The translations under genes were made by a program, and so were the position numbers. Positions 35,307 to 46,109 of a stretch of 46,109 nt of DNA are shown here, piece after piece; positions within the stretch are counted from its first letter, which is position 1; the number at the start of each line of letters is the position of its first letter. Source of the DNA: Octopus bimaculoides (lineage: Eukaryota); the NCBI RefSeq assembly GCF_001194135.2, contig NC_068988.1, positions 23,416,938-23,463,046 on the forward strand, given 5' to 3'. The notes under the pieces are model-generated. The model saw only the letters and a list, made by a program, of their open reading frames with translations. It searched no databases and was not told the DNA's origin.

Positions 35307-36322
35307 CTCTACCATTACTACTACTACTACTTCCACCAACACCGACACCACAACCATCTCTGTTGTTCTGTTAAATCCATTAATTTCAAGCTAATATATA
35401 CTTTGTTTCACAGGATTGAAATAACATTACACTTACCACCACCACCAACACTACCGCCATCGCCATCACTACCTACCTCTTTCTACCCCTCTGAGAAATA
35501 ATGGGAGAACCTGTATATGGTCATTCAAAGCGCTAGAAATAACAGCCAAATCTCCCTCAGATAACACATTCTACTGACTTTCAAGTAAGATAAACACAAT
35601 GGTTAATCTAACCCTGAATATATAGAAGGTATGAAAATCGTTGGGGAATGTCATGGGTGGAAATAAAATATACATACATGTGCTTCTTCAGAGACGAGCC
35701 TGGATTTAATAACAAGCACCATAACCAATATCATCACTTCTCAATCATCTTACCTCCTCCTCCTCCTCCTTCTCCTCCTCCTCCTTCTCCTCCTCCNNNN
35801 NNNNNNNNNNNNNNNNNNNNNNNNNNNNNNNNNNNNNNNNNNNNNNNNNNNNNNNNNNNNNNNNNNNNNNNNNNNNNNNNNNNNNNNNNNNNNNNNNNNN
35901 NNNNNNNNNNNNNNNNNNNNNNNNNNNNNNNNNNNNNNNNNNNNNNNNNNNNNNNNNNNNNNNNNNNNNNNNNNNNNNNNNNNNNNNNNNNNNNNNNNNN
36001 NNNNNNNNNNNNNNNNNNNNNNNNNNNNNNNNNNNNNNNNNNNNNNNNNNNNNNNNNNNNNNNNNNNNNNNNNNNNNNNNNNNNNNNNNNNNNNNNNNNN
36101 NNNNNNNNNNNNNNNNNNNNNNNNNNNNNNNNNNNNNNNNNNNNNNNNNNNNNNNNNNNNNNNNNNNNNNNNNNNNNNNNNNNNNNNNNNNNNNNNNNNN
36201 NNNNNNNNNNNNNNNNNNNNNNNNNNNNNNNNNNNNNNNNNNNNNNNNNNNNNNNNNNNNNNNNNNNNNNNNNNNNNNNNNNNNNNNNNNNNNNNNNNNN
36301 NNNNNNNNNNNNNNNNNNNNNN

Positions 36323-36355
<33 letters not shown>

Positions 36356-36370
36356 ATTTATTCATTTATT

Positions 36371-36587
36371 CTTTTAGTCTTTTACTTGTTTCAGTCATTT
36401 GACTGCAGCCATGCTGGAGCACTGCCTTTAGTCAAACAAATCGACCCCAGGACTTATTCTCTGTAAGCCTAGTACTTATTCTATTGGTTTCTTTTGCTGA
36501 ACTGCTAAGTTACGGGGACGTAAACACACCAACATCGGTTGTCATGTGATGGTAGGAGGACAAGTACAAACACACACGCACACACAC
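36371..36587 (-). mobile_element. SINE family A, 3' half
   Basis: ttgtttcagtcatttgactgcagccatgctggagc..gacgtaaacacacc. Confidence 0.85.
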
Positions 36588-36591
36588 TTCT

Positions 36592-36626
36592 ATTTCTGAA
36601 GAAGGGCTTTGCTCGAAACATAAAAT
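36592..36626 (+). ncRNA. Minimal type-I hammerhead ribozyme motif, sense to the semaphorin gene, with one stem III mutation
   Basis: RNA AUUU-CUGAAGA-A-GGGC(UUU)GCUC-GAA-ACAU-A-AAAU: intact core, 4-bp stem II, 4-bp stem I. Stem III ACAU is one change from palindromic ACGU. Confidence 0.5.
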
Positions 36627-36734
36627 CCTTTCTTTCATTTCCTGAGCATCTGATAATGCAGTATTTGTACCACATCCTCACGTTTTTTCATGTTTGTTCT
36701 TCTTTGTTTGGATACATTGTATATATATATATAT

Positions 36735-37109
36735 GTGTGGTAAGTAGCTTGCTTACCAACCACATGGTTCTGGGTTCAGTCCCACTGCGTGGCACCATGG
36801 GAAAGTGTCTTCTACTATAGCCTTGGGCCGACCAAAGCCTTGTGAGTGGATTTGGTAGATGAAAAACTGAAAGAAGCTCGTCGTATATGTATATGCATAT
36901 ATATGTGTTTGTGTGTCTGTGTTTGTCCCCCCTAACATCGCATGACAACCGATGCTGGGTGTGTTTACATCCCTGTAACTTAGCAGTTCGGCAAAAGAGA
37001 ATGATAGAATAAGTACTAGGCTTCCAAAGAATAAGTCCTGGGGTCGATTTGCTCGACTAAAGGCGGTGCTCCAGTATGGCCGCAGTCAAATGACTGAAAC
37101 GAGTAAAAG
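36735..37109 (+). mobile_element. Near full-length SINE family A
   Basis: gtgtggtaagtagcttgcttaccaaccacatggttctgggttcagtcccactgcgtggcaccatgggaaag..gactgaaacgagtaaaag. Confidence 0.9.
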
Positions 37110-37311
37110 NNNNNNNNNNNNNNNNNNNNNNNNNNNNNNNNNNNNNNNNNNNNNNNNNNNNNNNNNNNNNNNNNNNNNNNNNNNNNNNNNNNNNNNNNNN
37201 NNNNNNNNNNNNNNNNNNNNNNNNNNNNNNNNNNNNCCCATACTTTATATCTGTCTCTGTATTGTTCCCCTCATCCTTCGCTTTTGTGGCAAATAGACGA
37301 AATCATCATCA

Positions 37312-37355
<44 letters not shown>

Positions 37356-37610
37356 GCTAATAAAAAAAGGCAATGAGCTGGAAGAACCATTAGCATGTCA
37401 GACAAAAATGCCTACCAGCATTTCTTCTGATTCTTTATGTTCGAAGTTCAAATTCCTCTTAGGTCGGCTCTGCCTTTCATCTTTTCGGGTCGAAGTACTG
37501 GGAAGCGATATAATCGACAATGCCTTCCCCAGTTGTTGACTAAAACTGAGGAAGAGGCTGTCTGCTAAAATTTGCAAAACTATTATTATAATTATTATTA
37601 TTATTAACAT

Positions 37611-37641
<31 letters not shown>

Positions 37642-38209
37642 ATCATTATTATTGACTGAATTCTTCTGGCAGAAAATCATTCTTCCATTTAAAGAACTTA
37701 GGAGAACATAGCTTAAGATAAGAATATGATAAACTAAATTTTAAAGAAAAAAATGGAAAAATATAATAGAAAAAAAAAACAAAAACAAAATCAATGACAA
37801 AAAACAAAGAAGGTTAAAATAAGTGCATAACGGGTTTTCCATTCCCGCAAACACAACAACAACAATAACATGAATCTAAGCATATCAAAGAGAACAAAAC
37901 CCTATACCCTTAGAAGGACCTAGGTTATATATGTCTAATGAGTTAACCATAAACTGATTTGTACCAGTTGATCTCTTACTGAAAGTACAGTTAAGGGTCT
38001 CATGTTCTCATTTGAGCTCGATTTAGAAGTTGTGATGTGTGTAAATAATTTCAACTGCACACTCAAACACAAACACACACATGCAATGACTCACATGTGA
38101 TCAGACTGCATATCCAAACATGTATACATACAAGCATGCATATCCATATACATACACATATATATATCCAAACTCACTGGCATATATAGATATATATATA
38201 TGTATTTTC

Positions 38210-38256
<47 letters not shown>

Positions 38257-39003
38257 NNNNNNNNNNNNNNNNNNNNNNNNNNNNNNNNNNNNNNNNNNNN
38301 NNNNNNNNNNNNNNNNNNNNNNNNNNNNNNNNNNNNNNNNNNNNNNNNNNNNNNNNNNNNNNNNNNNNNNNNNNNNNNNNNNNNNNNNNNNNNNNNNNNN
38401 NNNNNNNNNNNNNNNNNNNNNNNNNNNNNNNNNNNNNNNNNNNNNNNNNNNNNNNNNNNNNNNNNNNNNNNNNNNNNNNNNNNNNNNNNNNNNNNNNNNN
38501 NNNNNNNNNNNNNNNNNNNNNNNNNNNNNNNNNNNNNNNNNNNNNNNNNNNNNNNNNNNNNNNNNNNNNNNNNNNNNNNNNNNNNNNNNNNNNNNNNNNN
38601 NNNNNNNNNNNNNNNNNNNNNNNNNNNNNNNNNNNNNNNNNNNNNNNNNNNNNNNNNNNNNNNNNNNNNNNNNNNNNNNNNNNNNNNNNNNNNNNNNNNN
38701 NNNNNNNNNNNNNNNNNNNNNNNNNNNNNNNNNNNNNNNNNNNNNNNNNNNNNNNNNNNNNNNNNNNNNNNNNNNNNNNNNNNNNNNNNNNNNNNNNNNN
38801 NNNNNNNNNNNNNNNNNNNNNNNNNNNNNNNNNNNNNNNNNNNNNNNNNNNNNNNNNNNNNNNNNNNNNNNNNNNNNNNNNNNNNNNNNNNNNNNNNNNN
38901 NNNNNNNNNNNNNNNNNNNNNNNNGAACTCTTTTAAACAAAATAATATATTCCTCTATACACAATCATACAAAAAAACCACCTTTTTTGTATTTCTTTTT
39001 ACT

Positions 39004-39041
<38 letters not shown>

Positions 39042-39069
39042 TGTATGTGTGTGTGTGTGGGTGTGTGTG

Positions 39070-39362
39070 AAGGCACGTGGCTCAGTGGTTAGAGCGTCAA
39101 GCTTACGATCGTGAGGTTGTGAGTTTGAATCCTAGACTGGGCTGTGTGTTGTGTTCTTGAGCAAGACATTTTATTTCACGTTGCTCCAGTTCACTCAGCT
39201 GTAGAAATGAGTTGCGACATCACTCACAGGTGCCAAGCTGTATCGGCTCCTTTGCCTTTCCCTTGGATAAAACTGGGGTCGATTTCTTTGGCTAAAACCT
39301 TTTAAGCTGGTGCTCCAGCATGGTCGCACTCAAATGACTGAAACGAGTCAAAGAATAAAAGA
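39070..39362 (+). mobile_element. Chimeric SINE: family D head and body joined to a family A 3' tail
   Basis: Family D sequence to cccttggataa (about 39270), then ctggggtcgatt..ggtgctccagcatggtcgcactcaaatgactgaaacgagtcaaagaataaaagaat as in family A. Confidence 0.7.
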
Positions 39363-39959
39363 ATGTGTGCAAGATTTCGATTATGTATGTAAACACATTA
39401 TGTGTGTGTTTATATGCATGTGTGTGTTTGTATGTGTGTGTGTTTGTATGTGGGTGTGTGTTTGTATGCGAGTGTGTGTGTATTTGTATGCGTGTGTGTG
39501 TGCTTGTATGCGTGTGTTTGTGTTTGTATGCATGTGTGTGTGTTTGTATGTGTGTGTGTATTTGTATGCCTGTGTGTGTGTATTTGTATGCGTGTGTTTG
39601 TGTGCTGGAAGCAGTGTTTTGCATATGCTTGTGTGTATACTTGTTTAGACATCATATGATGTCTAGACAAGTGTTATAAATGAGCACCACTGTCGTAAAA
39701 ATGAGGTTGTTCATTTCCAGTCTTCCATGGAAGACATGTCTAGCTGGGGAAGAAATATCACCTTGCTTGGAAACAAGTGAGGGTTAGCAACAGGAAGGGC
39801 ATCTGGCCTTAGAAAATCCGAAGTCATGCAAGCATGAAAAAGTGAGCATTAAATTATGATGATGATGATGATGACGATGAGCTACTGTGAAGTCAACACA
39901 AACAAAGTAGTGAGCCAGCATAATTCTTTATAATCTGTATCCATTTGTATTATTTGAGG

Positions 39960-40315
39960 GTTGGTGGCACGTAAAAAGCACCATTTGAGCGCGATCGTTT
40001 CCAGCTTCGCCTTACTGGCACTTGTGCCGGTGGCATGTGAACAAAACATTGGACTAACTCCTGTGCAGGTGGCACATAAAAAACACCATTTGAGCGTGAC
40101 TGTTGCCAGTACCGCTTGACTGGCCCTCATGCCGGTGGCACGTAAAAAGTACCCACTACACTCTCAGTGTGGTTGGCGTTAGGAAGGGCATCCAGCTGTA
40201 GAAACTCTGCCAAATCAGATTGGAGCCTGGTGTAGCCATCTGGTTTGCCAGTCCCCAGTCAAATTGTGCAACCCATGCTAGCATGGAAAGCAGACGTTAA
40301 ATGATGGTGATGAGA
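39960..40315 (+). mobile_element. SINE-like family C, long copy
   Basis: gtggttggcgttaggaagggcatccagctgtagaaactctgccaaatcagattggag..gacgttaaatgatggtgatg; closely similar to 6778-7120 in the opposite orientation. Confidence 0.85.
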
Positions 40316-40931
40316 GAATGTGGGGTAGATTAAGGAAGACATTTAGAAATGGAAGAATTATATATATATATATATATACTGCAAGAGAAAGAGAGTGAAA
40401 ATGGGAGGGTGAGGGAGATAGAGGGGGAAGAGGAAGAATGACTGAAATAGAGGAATAGTGACCAAGGGTTGAGAAAGCAAGACATGAGTGAGAGAGAAAG
40501 CCAAAGGGAGAAAGATGGAGAGGTAGATAGAATGAAGCAGAGAGATATAGAGAGAGAAAGCAAGAACAAGTGGGAACAGAAGGTATATGCGGTAAGAGAG
40601 AGAGTGAAACAGAAAAAGGAAGAGAAAGGGAGAGAGAGATGTTTACTAAAGTGCTGCATAGGAAACCTGAATTTTTCAAGTCTCAAAGTGGGTGGAACCA
40701 GTAGCATGTACCATTGTTTGTCTTAGAAAATAGGAAGAAGGTGAGGGACCATTTCCCCTCCCCCACTTTTCTCCAACAACAATACGCTTACATGACCACT
40801 GCCATAGAGAAAGCGGAAGGCTGACGTGTGCAATAATGTCAAGCGCTATCAATGACTCTTGTATCTCAGCTGACAATTTCAGACAGGAACAAGCGGTAAT
40901 TAACACCTCCAATGTATTATTATTATCATTT

Positions 40932-41147
40932 AAGGCGGCGAGCTGGCAGAATCGTTAGCATGCCAGGCACAATGCTTAGTGGTATTTTGTCTGCCGGTAC
41001 GTTCTGAATTCAAATTCCGCCGAGGAAGAATTTGCTTTTCATCCTTTAGGGGTTGATAAATTAAGTACCAGTGAAACACTGGGGTCAATGTAATTGACTA
41101 GTCCCTTCCCCACAAATTTGAGGCCTTGTGCCTCCAGTAGACAGGAC

Positions 41148-41231
<84 letters not shown>

Positions 41232-41551
41232 CAATATTATTATTTAAGGTGGCAAGTTGGCAGAATCATTAGCACACCAGGCAAACTGCTTAAAGGTCTT
41301 TTGTCTGCTGCTATGTTCTGAGTTCAAATTCCACCAAAGTCAACTTTGCCTTTCAAAGCCCGAAATTTTTTGGGAGCAGGGCAGTCAGTTAGATCGACTC
41401 CAGTACACAACTGGTATTTAATTTATCAACCATGAAAGGATGAAAGACAAAGTCAACCTCGGCAGAATTTGAACTCAGAATGTAGCAGTGGAAGAAATAC
41501 CACTAAGCATTTCGCCCAGCGTGCTAATGATTCCACCAGCTCGCCAGCTTA
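40932..41551. mobile_element. Cluster of three SINE family B copies (+ 40932-41146, + 41246-41355, - 41358-41551)
   Basis: Heads aaggcggcgagctggcagaatc and aaggtggcaagttggcagaatc follow (ATT)n tracts; the reverse copy ends ccagctcgccagctt. Confidence 0.8.
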
Positions 41552-42489
41552 ACCCACCCTGATTATAATACAGGGTAGTCTCATGCTTCTGTAGCATGAC
41601 ACCTGTATCTGTCCCTTTGTCATACTTTGGCCCCTCAACATTTGACATAATGCCTTCATTCAGTCTACTACGACCCCATTCAGTCGAGAGTTTTCTCTTT
41701 GTCTAAGTTGCTTGGCAACCTTTCTGGTGCTAGAATCATGAAAGAAAGCATCTAGTACATTCTGTAAAGTGGTTTGGATTATGAAGGATATCCAGGCTTG
41801 GAAACCATTCCAAAAGAGACAATGGTGCTCAAAACACTTCTTGGGCACATTGTCCAATCCATGGAAGACAAATGTATAATGATGTCCAATCCATACTAGC
41901 ATGGAAGACAAATATTAAATGATGGTGATGATGATGATGATACTGGTGGTGGGGGTAATGGTGGCGGCAGTGATGATGATGATGATGACGAATACAACAA
42001 TGGCGATGCAGCAGCATTTTCCCCTATTCAAAGCAAGAATGAGAGAGAAAGAGAGAGGGAGAGTGTGACAGAGAGAAAACCCAAAGTACGAATGAAAGAG
42101 AAAGAAAAAACAATGTTTGGCATAACGCGAATGTATTTTAGAATCGTTCATAAATTCACACTACCACTTTCTTTTTTTTTCTAATTTCAGGTTTTATATC
42201 TCTTACTACCAATAACACTCCCTTTCGACTTTCTGTCTTTCTTCGTCTCTTTTTTTTTTTTTACACAGACATTATGTGTGGTTTGAGGGAGGTTTGGCTG
42301 CAATTTCTGAGGATAGATGTTACATAACTCATCCCTGTGAGAGTATGGAATGATAATATTATGGTTTTGTGCATGATTGCATTGTAGTTTCTCGGTACAA
42401 GTCTAGTATAAACAGAGACAATTCATATTTATATATGTAATTGTGTATATATATATATACATATTTATAAATATATGTATGAATATATG

Positions 42490-42544
<55 letters not shown>

Positions 42545-43833
42545 NNNNNNNNNNNNNNNNNNNNNNNNNNNNNNNNNNNNNNNNNNNNNNNNNNNNNNNN
42601 NNNNNNNNNNNNNNNNNNNNNNNNNNNNNNNNNNNNNNNNNNNNNNNNNNNNNNNNNNNNNNNNNNNNNNNNNNNNNNNNNNNNNNNNNNNNNNNNNNNN
42701 NNNNNNNNNNNNNNNNNNNNNNNNNNNNNNNNNNNNNNNNNNNNNNNNNNNNNNNNNNNNNNNNNNNNNNNNNNNNNNNNNNNNNNNNNNNNNNNNNNNN
42801 NNNNNNNNNNNNNNNNNNNNNNNNNNNNNNNNNNNNNNNNNNNNNNNNNNNNNNNNNNNNNNNNNNNNNNNNNNNNNNNNNNNNNNNNNNNNNNNNNNNN
42901 NNNNNNNNNNNNNNNNNNNNNNNNNNNNNNNNNNNNNNNNNNNNNNNNNNNNNNNNNNNNNNNNNNNNNNNNNNNNNNNNNNNNNNNNNNNNNNNNNNNN
43001 NNNNNNNNTATATATATATATATATTTGAATATGTATTTGTGTGTGTGTGTGAATTTGTATAGCTATCATTATCATTGTTTAATATCCTGTTTTCCATGC
43101 TGGCCCAAGTGTGTGTGTGTGTGTGTATACACACATGTATGTAAGGAAATCTGTGTTTGTGTGTGTGTCAGTATTTCTCAAGCAGACTACACTGGTAATA
43201 CAGAATAGATAGAATCCCGTAAGTCTGTTGGAACTTGTCTGAGATTTCCAGATAATCTACCTGAAATTCCTCAAGGGATATACAATCCAAACTAAAACAA
43301 GTCTGTCTTTGATATTTTCATGTATTTTCGGTCTTATTATTGGAAAATCTTTCTCTAGTTAGCTTCTTCTCTTTTATATTCACGGGCAAAAAATGTCCAA
43401 ATAAACATGTGCCTATGATTCTCTGCGTGTATGGGTTTGTGAATACTCACATATTTATTTGTATGTATGTAAGTATGTGTTTGTTTGTGTGTGTCTGTGT
43501 GTGCATGCACGCACATGCATGCATGAATGTGTAGGTGTATATATGTGTGTGTGTTTGCGTGTGTGTGTATATATATATATATGTGTGTGTGTGTGTTTGT
43601 GGTGATATATATATATCTATATTTGTATATGTATATAGTTGTACATAAACTGCTATATAGAATATACTTGTATCCATCTATATACATATAGATAGGTAGA
43701 TAGATAGGTAGATAGATAGATCGATAGCTATACAAGTATATATTTATACATGCATATAGTTGTATGTACATGATGTAAATTGATATATATGAATATAAAT
43801 GCATCCATCTACATATATANNNNNNNNNNNNNN

Positions 43834-43866
<33 letters not shown>

Positions 43867-44414
43867 TACATATAGATAGATAGATGGATAGATAAAAATA
43901 TAGATCAATTGATATACATACATATATATACATACATACATATATGTGTGTGTGTGTATATACATCCATATATACATCCATATATTTACAAATAAATTGA
44001 TGTATATGTATACATGCATAGTATGTAAATATGTATATATGTATATACACACACAAACTGATATGCTAAAATGTATTTGTACAAATGGAATTTATTAATA
44101 ATATACATTGGTTCATCCATTTTGTCTTCAGAATAAAATGGTTTCTCTCCTGGTTTTTCTTAGTCAATTACCACACATTACCATACAGCGTGAATTAAAT
44201 GTCTTTTACTCATAAATGTCCTTTTTACATCCTAAATTGGCATTGTTACCAATATTCTCTTATTCTTTTTCTTTATTTCAATAGACAAGCTGTGGCCATA
44301 CTGGGGTATTGCCTTGAGGAGCTTATAGTGAATCATATCAACCACTGTGTTGCTTTTAACAAATGTTTTGGATTTTGCGTTTTGTTTTTTTGGAGGACAG
44401 AGGTCTTATATCAA

Positions 44415-44568
44415 AATAGAGATGTGGCTGTGGTGACAAGTTTGGTTTCCAATCACGGTATTTGGGGTTCAATCCCAAGCCGTGGTAGCACATTGGGCAA
44501 GTGTTTTCTGCAATAGTGTTGAATCAACCATTTGTGAGTGCATTTGGTTGACGGAAAATGAAAGAAGC

Positions 44569-44575
<7 letters not shown>
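44415..44575 (+). mobile_element. SINE family A, diverged 5' half
   Basis: gtggctgtggtgacaagtttggtttccaatcacgg..ggttcaatccc..acattgggcaagtgttttctgc..gaaagaagcctgtata. Confidence 0.65.
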
Positions 44576-44629
<54 letters not shown>

Positions 44630-45971
44630 TAAACTGGCATTTCATTGATTACGACAGTGAGGGTGGTGGTGGTGGTGGTGATAATGATGTTGATGATGAT
44701 GATTATGGTGATGGTGATGATGAATACAAGTCAACAAGAAGCTTTGTGATCGTAATTATATAAATGAAACATTCCAGATAAGCCGAGCCACTGTCATTGG
44801 ATCTGCTGTAGATATAGCAACCAAATGAACCTCACAGCAGTTTACTATCTCAGAACATGAAGAAAGGCTTATAGTCACTCAACCAGCTAAAAATAGCAAC
44901 TGCATTTCCCTCAAATCACCCCTACCATCTTAAAGAAAGGACGCGACAGACAAAACAGTTCTGGATTGCCTACACATACAAGAAAGATGGGATGGTCATG
45001 AATGGAACGCCTTTGATCGTAGGTATACTTAATCAGGGTTGACATGGGGGATAAATGCCACAATCTTAAAGGACTCATTTAATAATCTTGTCCCATGAGC
45101 ACTGTGCTGACAAAATATAAAATGTGGTGGTGGTCACGGTTGGAATGACTTTGATCAGAGTGAAGGCTGACCTGAGAGCTGAACAATACCGATAACATCC
45201 TGCTGTAGAGAACTCTGGATCTTCTGTGGATCAGCATCACAACTACTAATCCACTCCAGGAAGGTTAAGTCGATGAAAGGGTCTCATTGACTGTCATTCA
45301 AACTGCTAGAAATAACAACCAAATACCCATCAAATCATATCCTGCCTTCTTAAGAAAAAAAAAACTCTTGACATTGGAATATGTGGTCTTCATAAAACAT
45401 ATCAGTGGTCACAGCTGGAAAGCATTTGATCCTAGGTTTGCACAATCAAGGATTGCCTGAAGCTAAACAGCAACACTAAAGATATTTTTTGTTTTCCTCT
45501 CTGTGAAGGGAATGACAAGATATATTTACTTGTGTTTATGTTCCATGGTGTGGGTGTTACAAACGATTTGGCTGAGTGCATTAGATTTATCTCAGAAAAA
45601 ATATTAAAAAAATATAAGCAAACCTAATAGCAGAAAGCTCTCAGTTTATGCGTGTGCATATACTTATACATACATACATATATATATATGCATACACGCA
45701 TATACATATGCGCACACACACACATAAATACACATACATTCATGTATTATGGTTCCTCCTTGCCTCAAGCAGGTAGGTCTTCCACCTTTTACACATACAC
45801 GCATGCACACACACACATATACAGAGATGATAGATAGATAGATCAATAGATAGATAGAAAGAAAGGTAGATAGATAGATACAAACATATACATGCGCACA
45901 GATACATATATACCCCACACACATGCATATATATATATGTATATATACTAATATGTAGATATATATATGTG

Positions 45972-46021
<50 letters not shown>

Positions 46022-46109
46022 CACATATATGTATGTATATATATATTAGAGAAATCTTTATTAAAATATGCTTCCAGTTTAGCATTCTGCCTTATTATTA
46101 TTTTTCATT

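Larger units (their letters stand above)
923..43833. other. Assembly gaps (N runs); largest 923-1507, 3470-4386, 25532-26064, 35797-36321, 38257-38924 and 42545-43008, plus several short placeholders
   Basis: Directly visible. Nearly all gaps abut microsatellites. They could hide additional semaphorin exons. Confidence 0.95.

Noticed and set aside
43183-43218. Possible next semaphorin exon ending ccc|GTAAGT
   Set aside because: Weak acceptor and an in-frame TAG in the required phase 0; no Sema-like residues.
836-46026. Long ORFs in the six-frame track (poly-X, YIYI, poly-I/L/Y/N/H/T, CVCV)
   Set aside because: They are translations of N gaps, microsatellites or repeat copies, with no domain signal or splice support.

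Overview
AT-rich, microsatellite-saturated, gapped draft animal DNA. The SINE families look like those I recall from Octopus, which is an inference and not database-checked. The only coding gene I can support is a + strand semaphorin, most like invertebrate Sema-2. Two short exons (4555-4651 and 21885-21930) splice in frame across a 17.2 kb GT-AG intron to give ...IREYPSESSPQLHYFRYMTIDKNSHSLFVGAM|NKVIRLNLSDINSGH, the start of a Sema domain. I found no other exons, so the rest of the window is probably intron, although N gaps could hide exons. The introns hold four SINE-like families and 3' fragments of RTE, R4/Dong and CR1-like LINEs. They also hold a MITE-like foldback, a Helitron-like remnant and several minisatellites. 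The most interesting signal is four minimal type-I hammerhead ribozyme motifs of three sequence types (18556-18594, 21663-21698, 22766-22800, 36592-36626). One carries a compensatory U3:A8 core, two lie in direct repeats bracketing the 46-nt semaphorin exon, and one is on the sense strand between inverted SINEs. The long ORFs in the track are microsatellite, repeat or N-gap artefacts.
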